Notes: generated by a model not told the origin, from the sequence alone. 64,000 nt of DNA from an uncultured Chloroflexia bacterium (GCA_963774265.1 CAVZDU010000003.1:256001-320000), one strand, 5' to 3'. Counted from the stretch's first letter, positions 9,710 through 21,980 are shown. Translations and numbers: made by a program.

Positions 9710-11006
9710 TAATCCTCTTCCGCCAGCTTGAATGCTTTCTTGAGATCCGGCGATCTCCGCCTCCCCGATGGGCACGTGGCTGCCGATCAGCGCGGTGTCC
9801 AGCAGCGACCGCGCGCTGAACTCGGCCACTTCCAGGCGGTCGAATGCCTTCAGAATGCTGGATGCCGTCGTCATCACCGCGTCATTTTGGATGAGCAGTA
9901 CCGGCGTGGCCTCAGACAGTGCATCCGCCACGCGCTGCGGCTCGCGGAACTGGGTCCCATAGGGGATCACCGGGATGTCACGCAGCAAGATGAACGATTC
10001 GGGGATGGTGCAGGTGTCGAATCGCTGCTCGCTGATCGCGTACGCGGTGGCGTGGGGTGACTGGGCCGTGATGATGCAGTTGATATCAGGATGGCTCCGG
10101 TAGATCGCGTCGTGCAGTCTCACCGACCGGCTGGGCAGCTTGCCCGCCTCCCGCTTGCCCTCCCGGATCAGCACCAGGTCGTCAATCTCCACACTCCCGC
10201 GATCGCAGCCAGTGGGGGTGATCAGGAAGCTGCGGTCGTCCAGGCGCGCCGACACAACGCCCTCCGTGCTGATCATCAGGTAGCGATCCACCGCCCGATG
10301 CACGATCTCCGCGATTTCCTGGCGCAGCTCACGCTCCCGGCTGGAGAAGACCTCGTGCCGGAACTCGGGCAGCAGGTTGTACTGCACGTCGAACGGCAGG
10401 AGCTGCTCCTCGGTCAAGGTGCTGATCTTGCCCAGGCCCAAAGCCTTCATCTGCGTGCGCGCGCAGAAGTCCAACGTCTCCAGCCGGTGAAACGCAGTCA
10501 ACAGGATCTGGTCCACCGGTGGCGATGCCGTGATTTTCCAGGAGGACGACGTTGTAGCCCTTGGCGAACGTGTCGGCGATGCTCTCGCCCAACGCCTCGC
10601 TGCCTGGCAGGGCGTACGGCGCGTACCCCACCAGGCCGCACACTCGCCGCGCCTGCGGTATGATGTCGGTCTTAGGAGTTTCGCGCACGATGCTGAACGA
10701 GACCAGCGCGGGCGGGTGCGCGTGAACAACGCCGCGCAGGTCAGGCCGTTGGCTGTAAATCGCCCGATGGAACGGAAACTCGGACGACGGGCTGTGTGGG
10801 CCGATGATACTGCCGTCGGGCCTAACGCAGATAATGTCCTGGGGGTTCAACTTGCCCTTGTCGACGCCGGCCGGAGTAATCCAGATGCTATCGTCGTCGT
10901 CCCGGATCGAAAGGTTGCCGCCTGACAGCGTGGTCATCCCGTTGCGGTAGATCCGGTTCATGATAGCGACCAGTTGGTCGCGCGGGTGAAGTAATTGAAA
11001 GCGCAT
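9710..11006 (-). CDS. Tandem two-domain class II aldolase (fuculose/rhamnulose-phosphate aldolase-like), frameshifted
   Basis: Domain 1 has [29 protein letters not shown]. Domain 2 has [24 protein letters not shown]. Frame breaks near 10510 and 9740. Confidence 0.8.
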
Positions 11007-11105
11007 AAGAGTCCTTTTCGTGAACCGGCGATCGAAGTCGCCCTCTGACACGCCAAGGGGGCTGAGACGCACTCGAAGACGCAACCCGAACCCACTTCAG
11101 CGGGA

Positions 11106-11867
11106 TTACCATAGCCCCGGCACCAGCGCCCGTCGCTCAGACGGATAATCCGGGAAGTGCTCCCGGTACCAGCGGTGATTGAAGTACGCCCGGGGTGCAA
11201 GATTGGCAATGGTCCAAACGGCGAAGGCCAGGCCGGCCGGCGACCAGGTTGCCAGCGCCCAACCGCACCATTCGACAATCTCACCCAGGTAGTTGGGGCA
11301 GGAAACGAACCGGTAAAGCCCACCGAATGGGATGCGGTAGGAGGCTTCTCCCTCCTTGCGTAGGCTGCGTAGATTGCGGTCGGCCCAGCGGTTGATTGTG
11401 TATCCGACAGCAACCAACACCATGCCGGCAACGAATCGAACATCGGTTAGCCAACTTGCCGGGTAGCCACCGGAGAGTGTGAACAGATAATAGCCGTTGA
11501 GCCAGGCGTTCATGAGGTTGAAGCCCGCGCCCATCGCGACCACAGCCACCGGCATGCGCTTGCCCGAGGTCCGCAATTCCAGTGGATAGATGAACGCCCG
11601 ATGGACGTAATGAGCTTCCCACACGAGAAGAAAAACCCACGCCGTTGAGGTTCCGCGGTGTGTGCCGAGTACAAAGCACAGCGCGAACATCAATGCTGAA
11701 GGCGCCTCCATCAAGATCCAGCCGACGCGATTCGTCAGGGACGGCCCCCAGCCCCGTCGGCTGTGCCGCCCGTACGGGGCTGCGATGAAAAACAGGCTTA
11801 CGAAAACCCCAACCGCCAGAACAATCCAGGCGATGATGATTGCATTAAAGACGAGGTTGCTGATCAC
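11106..11867 (-). CDS. 3-oxo-5-alpha-steroid 4-dehydrogenase (steroid 5-alpha-reductase) family membrane protein
   Basis: APYGRH, WILMEAP, HYVHRAFIYP, YRIPFGGLYRFVSCPNYLGEIVEW, NLAPRA...HRWY...FPDYP..RRALVP motifs. Confidence 0.9.
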   Translation of the reverse strand: MISNLVFNAIIIAWIVLAVGVFVSLFFIAAPYGRHSRRGWGPSLTNRVGWILMEAPSALMFALCFVLGTHRGTSTAWVFLLVWEAHYVHRAFIYPLELRTSGKRMPVAVVAMGAGFNLMNAWLNGYYLFTLSGGYPASWLTDVRFVAGMVLVAVGYTINRWADRNLRSLRKEGEASYRIPFGGLYRFVSCPNYLGEIVEWCGWALATWSPAGLAFAVWTIANLAPRAYFNHRWYREHFPDYPSERRALVPGLW

Positions 11868-12859
11868 GTCGGATGGTGCTCCTCAAACCAGTGCCAGGTA
11901 TCCGTCATCGTGTCGCGCAATGGTCGCGGTTGATGGCCTAACTCCCGCTCTGCCAGCGCATGGCTGATATGCCGGTTGCCCCGCAGCGGCCGCAATCCCG
12001 AACCGGTCAGCAGGGCGCGCTGACCGGCCAAGGCACACCAGGACGTCACAAGCGGCGCAGCCAGCCGGGCCAGCCACATGGGACATATCCAGCGGGGCAC
12101 CCGGGCGCCGTTGATCTCATGCGCGAGGGCGGCGAGCTCTCGCAGTGACGCCCAGCGGCCTCCCAGTATGTATCGCCGGCCGGCCGGAGAGCGCTCCTCG
12201 GCGCGAATCGCAGACGTGGCTACGTCGCGAACGTCCACCCAGTTGAATCCGCCCTCGACCAGCGCAGGCAAGCGACCGCCGCACAACGCCAACAAGCCCG
12301 CATTGCAGGGGGTCAACCTGTAATCATGCGGCCCGATGACGGCCGTCGGGTTGAGGACAATGGCATCCAGGCCCTCAGCCAGCGCTTGCCGCACGATGGC
12401 TTCGCCAGCGGATTTGGAGCGGGCATAGAGTGTACCAGTACGCGAATCGACCAACGGGCGCTGTTCATCCACCGGCACATCGAGCGGCGTCTCGACAAGC
12501 GCCTCGATGGAGCTGAAATGCACCAGGCGACGGACGCGGTTGGCCCTGCACGCCTCCACTACGTTACGCGTACCTTCCACATTGATCGCATGGAGACGAG
12601 GCCAGTCGCCTGATTCGATGGTGACGTAGCCCGCACAGTGATAGACCACATCGGCGTCCTCGAAAGCATGCCGCAGCGATGCAGCATCCCGAACGTCGCC
12701 CGCACGGGTCTCTACGTCCATCCCGACCAGCCCGCGTCGATCCTCGTGCACCAACGCGGCCACGGTGCGCCCCTGCGCCAGCAGGCCACGCACCAGGTTG
12801 GCGCCCAGGTGACCCGAGGCGCCCGTAACGATGGTGGTTCTCAAACCCGTCGAACTCAC
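11864..12859 (-). CDS. NAD-dependent epimerase/dehydratase (3-beta-HSD/DFR/HpnA-like extended SDR)
   Basis: VTGASGHLG, NVEGT, HFSS, YARSK, NPTAVIGP, WVDVRDVA; start overlaps the rhaA stop and stop overlaps the next start. Confidence 0.85.
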   Translation of the reverse strand: MSSTGLRTTIVTGASGHLGANLVRGLLAQGRTVAALVHEDRRGLVGMDVETRAGDVRDAASLRHAFEDADVVYHCAGYVTIESGDWPRLHAINVEGTRNVVEACRANRVRRLVHFSSIEALVETPLDVPVDEQRPLVDSRTGTLYARSKSAGEAIVRQALAEGLDAIVLNPTAVIGPHDYRLTPCNAGLLALCGGRLPALVEGGFNWVDVRDVATSAIRAEERSPAGRRYILGGRWASLRELAALAHEINGARVPRWICPMWLARLAAPLVTSWCALAGQRALLTGSGLRPLRGNRHISHALAERELGHQPRPLRDTMTDTWHWFEEHHPT

Positions 12860-14143
12860 CTGGCGGCCTGGCGTTTGGACTGCACTTGCGACTCGTATGC
12901 CTTGATCTCGGCCATGAACGCGCTGTCGAGCGGCAGATCGTGCTGTAAGCAGAAATAGTCCCACGCTGCGCCCCAGGGCAACCCCTTCAGCGCTTCAAGT
13001 AAAGCCAGCCGATTCGTGTAGTCGCCATCGCGTTCCAGGCTGACCAGTTGGCCGAACGGCTCAAGCAGCGCCATGAGCAGCGCGCGCTGCATCGTCGCGC
13101 GTTCCGATGACCCACGCGGCCACCCGGTTGATGCTGGCATCGAAATAGTCCAGGCCAATATGCACCCGGTCCAGGAAGTCGCCGCGCACCAACTCCTGGC
13201 CAATTGCCTGGAGATCGTCGCTGAGTGTCACCACGTGGTCGCTGTCCCAGCGGACGCCGCGGCTGACGTGCAGCAACATCTCATCCACGAACGCCAGCAC
13301 CGCGGACAGCTTGTCGGCGATCGTTTCGGTGGGATGGTAATGGCCGCTGTCCAGGGTCACCAGGGTCTTATTCGTGATAGCATAACCCAGGTAGAATTCG
13401 TGCGAGCCGACGACGTAGCTCTCCGAGCCGATGCCGAACAGCTTGCCCTCGACCGCGTCCAGATTGTAGCGCCGGTCCACAGGGTGTGCCAGCACCTTGT
13501 CAAGCGAGTCTTTCAGGAGCTGTCGCGGTGTCTTGCGGTCGGCCGGGGTGTCCTTGATGCCATCCGGGATCCAGATGTTGGTCACGCAGGGCGTGCCGAG
13601 CTCACGGCCGAACGACTCGCCGATGACGCGGCAGGCGATGCAGTGGTCGATCCAAAACGCGCGAATCCCTTCATCGTAGCTGGCCAGGGTGAGCCCGCTG
13701 TCGGCCTTCGGGTGAGAAAAGAGGGTCGGGTTGAAATCCAGCCCATGCCCACGCTCCTTTGCCCAGGCCGTCCAGCCCGCAAAGTGTTCTGGACGCAACG
13801 CATCCCGCTCCACCTTGACCCCGTCCGTTTCCGCGTAGATTGCGTGCAGGGCCAACCGGTGCTTGCCCGGAATCAGGCTGTAAGCCCTGTCCAGGTCTCC
13901 CCGCAACTCCTGCGCGTTGCGCGCCTTGCCGGGATAGTTGCCCGTGGTTGCGATCCCGCCGGTCAGTTCGCCGCCGGGGTTCTCGAAGCCGCCCACGTCA
14001 TCGCCCTGCCAGCAGTGCAGGCTGATGGGGATCGCCGCCAACCTCTTCAGGGCCGCCTCGACATTGACGTCGAGCGCAGCGTAGCGTTCGCGCGCCAGCT
14101 CGTAGGCCTCACAAATCTGCCTCTCGGTCGCGTGGTTACTCAT
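12856..14143 (-). CDS. rhaA: L-rhamnose isomerase (frameshift near 13095)
   Basis: [77 protein letters not shown]. Confidence 0.95.
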
Positions 14144-14231
14144 GCCTCTCTCCCATCGGTGAATCGTGCCCAGGTATGGATCGTTTTGTCCCTATTCGGT
14201 GAAGCTGCGCAGGGTTAGCCGCGTAGGTGCA

Positions 14232-15760
14232 TCATACCACGGGCAACCCAGCCGCCATCATCTCCTTCAAACGCGCGTACGCTTCGTCCCAGCCGCTTCG
14301 CGGCCCCGGCTCGAATGTCAGCACATCGAACGAATCAGCTACGACCTGGCGCGCCTCAGCGTAGGATCCCAGGAGCCCCAGGGCGACCGCCTGCACCAGG
14401 ATGTTGCCCGCAGCCGTGGCTTCGACCGGGCCGGTGACGACCGTGTGGCCGGTGGCGTCGGCCGTGAAGCGCGAGAGCAGCCGGCTTTGCGTGCCGCCGC
14501 CGACAATGTGGATCGGCTCCAGCCGGCGGCCCAGCATCTCCTCCAGCCGCTCCAGGACCAGCCGGTACTTGAGCGCAATCCCTTCGAGGATGCAGCGGAC
14601 CAGCGCCCCTTTCTCATCCGGCACGGGCTGGCCGGTGCGCCGGCAAAATGCCCGAATGCGCTCCGGCATGTCGCCCGGCTTGCAGAAATCGACGTCATCG
14701 ACGTCGATCACGCAGCAAGAACGGACTCGCGCCGGCGGCCATCTCGGTCCATTCGGCATAGGAACGCGCCTCTCCCTGGCCGGCCCACGTGCGCCGGCAC
14801 TCCTGCAGCAGCCACAGCCCGATGATGTTCTTGCAGAAACGGAAGCTGCCGCCTGCGCCTCCTTCGTTGGTGAAGTCGTAGGCCAGGCTCTGTGGGGTGA
14901 TCACCGGTTCAGGGAGCTCGGCGCCCATAACCGACCATGTGCCCGAGCTGATCCAGGCGAAATCCGACCCTCTCGCAGGCACCGCGGCCACGGCCGACCC
15001 GGTGTCGTGGCATGCCGGCGCGATCACGGGTATGGGGCCGGTCGCCTGTCTCCTCTGCCACGGAGGGCTGCAACGGACCGAGCACCGTTCCCGCGGGGAC
15101 GACCAGGGGGAAGATGTCGACGGGGATCTCCATGGCGTCCAGCAGCGGCCTGGCCCAAGCCTCGCGTCGCGGGTCGTAGCATTGCGTCGTGGTGGCGATG
15201 CTGAACTCGCAGACAGGCTGGCCGGTCAGCCAATAGGTGAACAGGTTCGGCATGGGAAGCAGTGTTGCAGCTGCCTCCAGTTCCGGCGCGCGGCTCAGGG
15301 CCATTGCCAATAGCTGGTAGAGCGAGTTGATCTGCAGGAACTGGATGCCGGTCTGCTCGAAGATTTGGGCCCGCGGCAGCCGCCGGAACGCCTCCGCCAG
15401 CATGCCATCGGTGCGGCCGTCCCGGTAGTGGTACGGGTTGCCGATCAGGCGGCCGTCCCGGTTCAGCAAGGCCGAAATCGACTCCCCAGGTGTCCACGCC
15501 GATGCCCGCCAGCGGCCCTTCCTGGCTGGCAGAGGCGATGCCCTGCTTGATCTCACCCCAGAGCCGCAGCACATCCCAGTGCAAGCTGACTGCGACCGTC
15601 CCTGCCCGGCACGGCGGACCGGGCCGTTGGGGAAGCGATGCACTTCCGACAGGCCGAGCCGCCCGTCCGTCGAACCGGCCGAGGATCGCGCGTCCACTCT
15701 CCGCGCCGAGATCAAGGGCCACGATGTTGGCCGTACGTCCCCGTGTCTCGTGTGAGAGCC
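14232..15760 (-). CDS. rhaB: Rhamnulokinase (FGGY family), multiple frameshifts
   Basis: [81 protein letters not shown]; start approximate. Confidence 0.88.
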
Positions 15761-15793
15761 TCTCCGCGTCTCCGCGTCATGCATCGCCGTCAC

Positions 15794-17084
15794 TCACGCC
15801 ATCAGCAAGTGCGGCTTCTCCACCAACTGCACCACTCGCTGCAGGAAGCGCGCGGCCGGGCCGCCGTCCACCAGGCGATGATCGAAGGTCAGGCTGAGCC
15901 AGACGCATCTGCCGCGGCTCGACGTGATCGCCGATCCAGACCGGCTGCGTCTTGATGCGCCCCACGCCCAGGATGGCGCACTCCGGCAGGTTGATGATCG
16001 GCGTGAACGCGTCGATGCCGAACATGCCCAGGTTGGTCAGCGTGAAGGTGCTGCCGGTCAGCTCATCGGGCGTGCATCGGCCGCTTCGGGCGCGCTCGGC
16101 CAGCGCGGCTGTCTCTGCGGCCAGCTGCGCCAGCCCCTTGCGGTCGACCTCTCGCACCACCGGCACCAGCAGCCCGCGTTCGGTGTCCACCGCCAGGCCG
16201 ATGTCGATCTGCGGCCAGATCTTGATCGCGTCATCGTCCAGCGACGCGTTGAGCGTGGGTGCTCGGCCAGCGCCTTGGCCAGGATGGTCAGGAAGAGGTC
16301 GTTGTACGATACGGCGACCCCGTCGGCGGCCAACTGCCGGCGCAGCCCCACCAGCGCGGTCGCGTCGACCTCGGCCGTCAGCGTCACCGGCGCGGTCTCG
16401 GCTGTGGCTCGCGGCCATGCGCTCGGCGATGAGCCCGCGGATACCCGTGAGCGGGATGCTCTAGCAGGCCGGACGCCGGACTGTCGGTCGCTGGCGCCGC
16501 CGAGCCCTCTGGCTCACCGCCCGTTCGACATCTTCCTTCGTAATCTGCCCGCGCGGTCCGCGAACCCGCCAGGGTGCGCCAGTCGAGCCCCGCATCTTCG
16601 GCCATGCGCCGTGCGACCGGTGTAGGGGAAACCCCTTGCGGCCGTCGGTCGCCTTCTGACGCCGGTGGCGGCGTAGGGGCGGTCCCTTGCAGTCGCCTTT
16701 CCCCCGTGTACGCCCCCACATCGCGCTCGACGATCGCGCCCTCTGGCCCGGTGGCCCTCACCTTGTCCAGCGGCACTCCTTCGCTCTCGGCCAGGCGTCG
16801 GGCGCGCGGCGAGACAAAGACGCGCTGGGGAAGGGCAGACGATGCAGGCTCTTCGATGGTCGCGATCGCGGTCAGCACCTTCACCTCGTCGCCCGCGCCA
16901 GCGCGTCACCCCAGCGCAGCACGCCGCTCGCGGGCGCTTCCACGTCCAGCGTCGCCTTGTCGGTCTCGACGGCGAACAGCGGCTCGCCCTGCTGCACTGC
17001 GTCACCTTCGCTCTTGTACCAACTCACCAGTGTGAGCGTATCAACCGTTTGCCCCAAGGGGGGAACCAGCACTTCGGTCGCCAC
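15794..17084 (-). CDS. Dihydrolipoamide acyltransferase (E2), copy 1, frameshifted
   Basis: Lipoyl domain VETDKATLDVEAPASG, two E3/E1-binding motifs (SPRARRLA, TPVARRMA), catalytic FTLTNLGMFG, TFDHRLVDG. Confidence 0.85.
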
Positions 17085-17116
17085 GGGGAGATTTCGCACT
17101 AGTCATGGGGCACCTC

Positions 17117-18132
17117 TCAAAACAACGCCTTGACCGCGGCGACCACCCGCTCGACGCTGGGCACGTAGAACTGCTCCATGACCGGCGCGAAGGGCGGCGG
17201 CACGTCGGGCGCGGAGACGCGCTTGATCGGCGCGTCCAGCCAGAAGAACGCCTCCTCGGCGACGATGGCCGCCAGCTCGCCGGCCCAGCCGCCGGTGAGG
17301 TTGTCCTCCTCGACGATCACCAGCCGGCCGGTCTTGCGCACCGACTCCAGGATCAGCTCCTTGTCGAGCGGCACCAGCGTGCGCGGGTCGATCACCTCGG
17401 CCTCGATGCCCTCCTTGGCCAGCTCCTCGGCCGCGGCCAGGGCCCGGTACATCGTCAGCAGCTTGCCGACGATGGTCACATCCTTGCCCTCCCGCCGGAT
17501 GATGCCCTTGCCGATGGGCACCAGGTAGTCCTCGTCCGGCACCTCGCCCACCGGGCTGAGCGCGCCCTTCTCGGTGCGCGGTCCCTTGCTGCCGTAGAGC
17601 AGCTTGTGCTCGAAGACGAGGACCGGGTTGTCGTCGCGCACGGCGCTCTTGAGCAGCCCCTTGGCGTCGTAGGCGGTGGCCGGCGCGACCACCTTCAAGC
17701 CCGGGGACGTGGCAGAAGAACGCCTCCAGGCTCTGCGCGTGCTGCGCGCCGCGGGCCGTGGCGCCCACCGGCGCGCGCATCACCATCGGCACCTTCGACC
17801 GTGCCGCCCGACATGTAGGTCATCTTGGCGGCCTTGTTGACGAGCTGGTCCATCGCCAGGAACAGGAAGTCGCCGTACTGCACGTCGGCGATGGGCCGCA
17901 GCCCGGCCATCGCCGCGCCGACCGCGACGCCGGCCAGCCCCAGCTCGGAGATCGGGGTGTCGAGGATGCGCTCGTGGCCGAACTCGTCCGAGAGGCCCAG
18001 GGTGACGGTGAACGCGCCGCCGAAGCCGCCGGGGATGCCGATGTCCTCGCCGATGCAGAAGACGCGCGGATCGCGCCGCATCTCTTCGCGGATGCCCTGG
18101 CGCATCGCCTCGGCAATGCTCATCTGGGTCAT
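17117..18132 (-). CDS. TPP-dependent dehydrogenase E1 beta subunit (acetoin/pyruvate dehydrogenase-like), copy 1
   Basis: [45 protein letters not shown]; frameshifted. Confidence 0.9.
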
Positions 18133-19154
18133 CGGACACCTCCGACGGCTGCCGCAGCGATCGGCACTGGGCCCTTCGCCGTAGAACACATCTTCCAGCG
18201 CCTCTTCCGGCGCCGGCGAGGGGCTGCTCTCGGCGAAGGCGACGGCGTCGTCGATGGCCTCGGCGACTTCCTTCTCGATCTGCGCCAGGGACTCATCGGT
18301 CGCGAGGCCGGCGGCCATCAGATGGGCCGCCATGCGCTGGATGCGGATCGCGGCCGGCCCACTCCTGCTTCCTCCTCCTTGGTCCGGTAGGTGCGCGGGT
18401 CGCTGCGCGAGTGGCCGCACAGCCGATAGGTCTTGCACTCGAGCAGGGTCGGCCCGCCGCCCGCGCGCGCCCGGTCGATGGCCCGGCCCGCCGCCTCGTA
18501 GCACGGCCAGCACATCCATGCCGTCCACGATCTCGCCGGGCATGCCGTAGCGCCGCAGCGCGGTCCGCGATATTCCGGATCTTGAACGTCACGCCGACCG
18601 GGGTCGAGGCGGCGTAGAGGTTGTTCTCGCAGACGAACAGCGCGGGCAGGTCCCAGATGGCGGCCATGTTGAGCGCCCTCGTGGAACGCGCCTTCGTTGG
18701 TCGCGCCGTCACCCAAGAAAGCAGACGGCCACGCTGCCCGTCGCCCAGCCGCTTGCACGCCAGCGCCAGCGCCCGTGGCCAGCGGAATGTTGCCGCCGAC
18801 GATCGCGATGGCGGGGATCATGCCGACGCTCATGTCGCCGACGTGCATCGAGCCGCCCTTGCCCTTGCAGCAGCCGGTGCGCTTGGCGAACAGCTCGGCC
18901 ATGATCGAGCGGAGGCTACGCCCTTGGCGATGGCGTGGCCGTGCGGCCGGTGCGTGCTGGTGACGTAGTCGCTGTCGCTCAGGTGCGCGCACACGCCCGA
19001 CCGCGACCGCCTCCTGGCCGATGTAGAGGTGCAGGGTGGAAGGAATCTTGCCCTGCATGAACAGGTAGTTGCAGCGCTCCTCGAACCGCCGGATGGTCAG
19101 CATCTGGCGGTACATGTTCAGTTGGAGGGCGCTTTCAGGCCGAGAATCCTGCAT
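18129..19154 (-). CDS. TPP-dependent dehydrogenase E1 alpha subunit, copy 1
   Basis: HLYIGQEA, STHRPHG, KGKGGSMH, GDGATNEG...CENN, TYRLCGHSRSDP; frameshifted. Confidence 0.9.
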
Positions 19155-19179
19155 GTGATACAGCCTCCCGATGCTATGT

Positions 19180-20081
19180 CTATGCCTTGTCCGGCGCTGC
19201 CGAAAAGGCGCATCATCTCTTCGACCACGACTTGCATTGCCACGCGACCCGCGGCAGCACGTCGGTGGCGAAGCCGGAGCCAATGACATCGTACGGGTTG
19301 TAGGCATCGCCTGCGGCGACCGCGGCGCTGCCGCAGCGCCTCGAAGTACGCTCGCTTGATGACGCTGCCCACGTTGATCTTGCGGATGCCGAGACGGGCA
19401 GCCTCGGCCAGATCGGCGCGATGCACCGATGTCGCACCGTGCAGCACCAGCGGCACCGGCACCGCCGCTTTCAGCGCCGCGAGGCGGGCCAGATCGAGCC
19501 GGACCTGACCGCGGCCGTGCAGGTGCACCTGGCCGATGTTGACGGCTAACGCGTCGATGCCCGTGCGCTCCACGAAGGTCCGCGCCGCGTGCGGGTCGGT
19601 GAGGTGGCGGTCATCCGGCACGGCAGACAGGTCACCACTGATGCCCGGCAGCGAGACCATCTCCGCCTCGACCGCGACCCCAGCGGGATGGGCCCGTGCC
19701 ACCGCCTGGCATACGGCGTCCGTCTGCTCCGCCAGGCTCATCGCTTCGTCGCTGAACATCGTCATGTTGAAACCCAGCTTGATGGACTCGAACACCCAAT
19801 CGAGGTGCGGCGACTCGTTGAACAGGAAGCAGCAGGGCACCGACAGATCGCGACAGACCGCGAGCCCCATCGCCGCATACGGCGCGAGGCGGTCGCGTAC
19901 GATACGTTCGGGGTGCGGGATGTAGATGCCGCTGAAGCCCAGGATCACCGGTGAGCGCGTCGCCTCGGCTGCGTCGGCCACGGCCAGCAGACTTTCCAGG
20001 TTCCAGCTTTCGAAGTAGCCGACGGCATAGCCCTTGCGTTCGGCGTCGGCCATCAGAGTCGTGAAAGGAAACGAGTGACAT
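19180..20081 (-). CDS. Class II fructose/tagatose-bisphosphate aldolase family protein
   Basis: GYAVGYFESWNLESL, GFNMTMF, VAVEAE, LTDP, TGIDALAVNIG, PLVLHG, GIRKINVG; frameshifted at both ends. Confidence 0.8.
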
Positions 20082-20162
20082 GAGTTCCTTTCGCGATGGG
20101 AACGTGATGCGTGAGCGGATGGGTCACGCGACGCATGTGTCGTTTTCGCGGCCTCACGGCAA

Positions 20163-21118
20163 TCAGGTCGGGGCCAACGGGTCGCCGGAGTGTAAACTGA
20201 CGCCCCGACACCATGGGCCGCCGTCTGTGCGTGGCCGTCCGCGGGTCGCACAGAGTTCAGCCGCAAGGCGCCCTGCCCGGTCGCCACGGTGCACGTGCTC
20301 CGGCCGATGGCGAGCACGGTGCCGGGCGCTGTGGTGGGCGCCGCCGCCGCCAGTTCGGCGGCCAGGACGTAGACGCGCTGCCCGACTGTATCGAAGTAGC
20401 ACTGGCCCGGCGACGTGCTGATCCATCGGCGCAGCTGCACGGCCGGACGAGACCAGTCGAGCCGAAAGTCCGCCTCGGTCACGGACGAAAAGTAGGAAAC
20501 ACCTGCGCTCTCCCTGGGGTGTCGGGCGCAGCCGCCCCGCCTCGGCGTCCGCGATCAGCCGGCCAACCAGCGGCACGCTGCGGACCATGACCCGGTCGTA
20601 CAGGCTCGCCACCGAGTCGTCGCGGCGGGTGCGGACGCGCACCTGGTAGAGGATGTCACCGGTGTCCAGGCCGTTGGCTCATCACGTGGACGGTCAGTCC
20701 GGCCCAGGCGTTCGTCGTGGCGAAGCGCCCAGAAGAGCGGATGCTTGCCCCGGTAGGCCGGCAGCAGCGACGCGTGGAAGTTGGCCGCCAGCAGACGCGG
20801 GACCTTCAGACTCTCCTCCTTCAGCAGGTTGAGGTAGCCGACGGCCAGGAATAGGTCGGGTCGGAGGCCAGCCAGCGTTCGGATGAACTCAGGTCGGTTC
20901 GGGTCGAGCAGGCTCGAACGCGGGGATCCCGTGCTCGCGCGCGTATTCGACGAAATGCGGCGCGCCCGCTTGCGTTCGTGTGTTGGTCGAGGTGCGGCGT
21001 GCAGGCGGCACGTCGACCACCGCGACCGTGATCGCAGGCCACCTCCTGCAGCGCCGCGAAGTGCACGGTTGCTGAAGACGCTGTCCGAGCTCCCGAAGAA
21101 GACCGCTCGCACCGTCAT
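20163..21118 (-). CDS. Formyltransferase-family protein (Fmt/ArnA-N-like), frameshifted
   Basis: MTVRAVFFGS, LRPDLFLAVGY, NFHASLLPAYRGKHP, LTVH...LDTGDILYQ and an Fmt C-terminal-like segment (LDWSRPA...PGTV...VATGQG). Confidence 0.75.
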
Positions 21119-21980
21119 CTCACCCGCGACTCCTCCCCTCGGGGAAGTGGCTCGACCTTGAACGCTGCTGCGCGCTCCTGCAGCGGCACCTCGATCGCCA
21201 TCCGCTCGATGCTGGAGCCGAGCTGCACGCCGTGACAGCCGGTGTGGTCGAGCATGTACTGCCCGTCCTCCGGGTTCACCAGCGCGGCGCCGTGGGCCAG
21301 CAGGATCGCGTCGGGCTTGATCTTCAACGCGATGTCGTAGTTGGCCTGCGTGCGCGCGGCCATGTCCTCCAGCGAGCTGCTGGCGGCGTAGCCGGTCGAG
21401 CCACCGCGCGTGATGCCGGCGTGGAAGATGAAGATGTCGGGCGGCAGCCTCTTCATCAGCCGCTCCGTGTCCTCCTCGATTGAACGCGTAGCCGATGGTC
21501 AGCAGGTCCAGCTCGCGGGCGATGTTCAGCATGTCGATTTCGTGCTGGTAGCCCAGGCCGGTGCCTTCCAGCGTCCTGCGGAATTCGCCGTCGAACCAGG
21601 CCACGGTCGGGAAGTTGTGTACGCCCGAGAAGCCGACGTGCCGGATGTCTTCCAGAAACAGCCGCATGTCGCGCAGGACGTCCACGCCGTTCAGGCCGGC
21701 GACCACCGGGCGTCTCCTTGACCTGGGGCAGCACCTCGCGCTTGCCCATCTGGTAGACCATCTCGTTGGCGTCGGCCATCGGCAGCATGCCGGCCAGCGA
21801 CCCGTAGCCCTGCATGCGGAAGTAGCCGGTGTTGTAGACACCCAGGATGTCCACGCCGCCGCGTTCGATGAACTTCGCGGCGATGCCGTTGCCCGCCCCG
21901 GTCATGACGAGGGGCTTGCCACGCTTGATTTCTGCCCACAGCCGGTCGAGGAATTCCTGACGGGTGTATCGCTTTGCCAT
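21115..21980 (-). CDS. Phosphoenolpyruvate hydrolase-like TIM-barrel protein (Tm-1 C-domain family)
   Basis: GAGNGIAAKF, YNTGYFRMQGYGSLAGMLPMADAN, GFSGVHNFPTV, LEGTGLGYQHE, HAGITRGG, GSSIER; frameshifted. Confidence 0.8.

Noticed and set aside
8930-10729. Single 599-aa aldolase fusion as in the ORF track
   Set aside because: An apparent frameshift near 9740 joins two genes; a separate start with an AGAGGA RBS is present at 9703.
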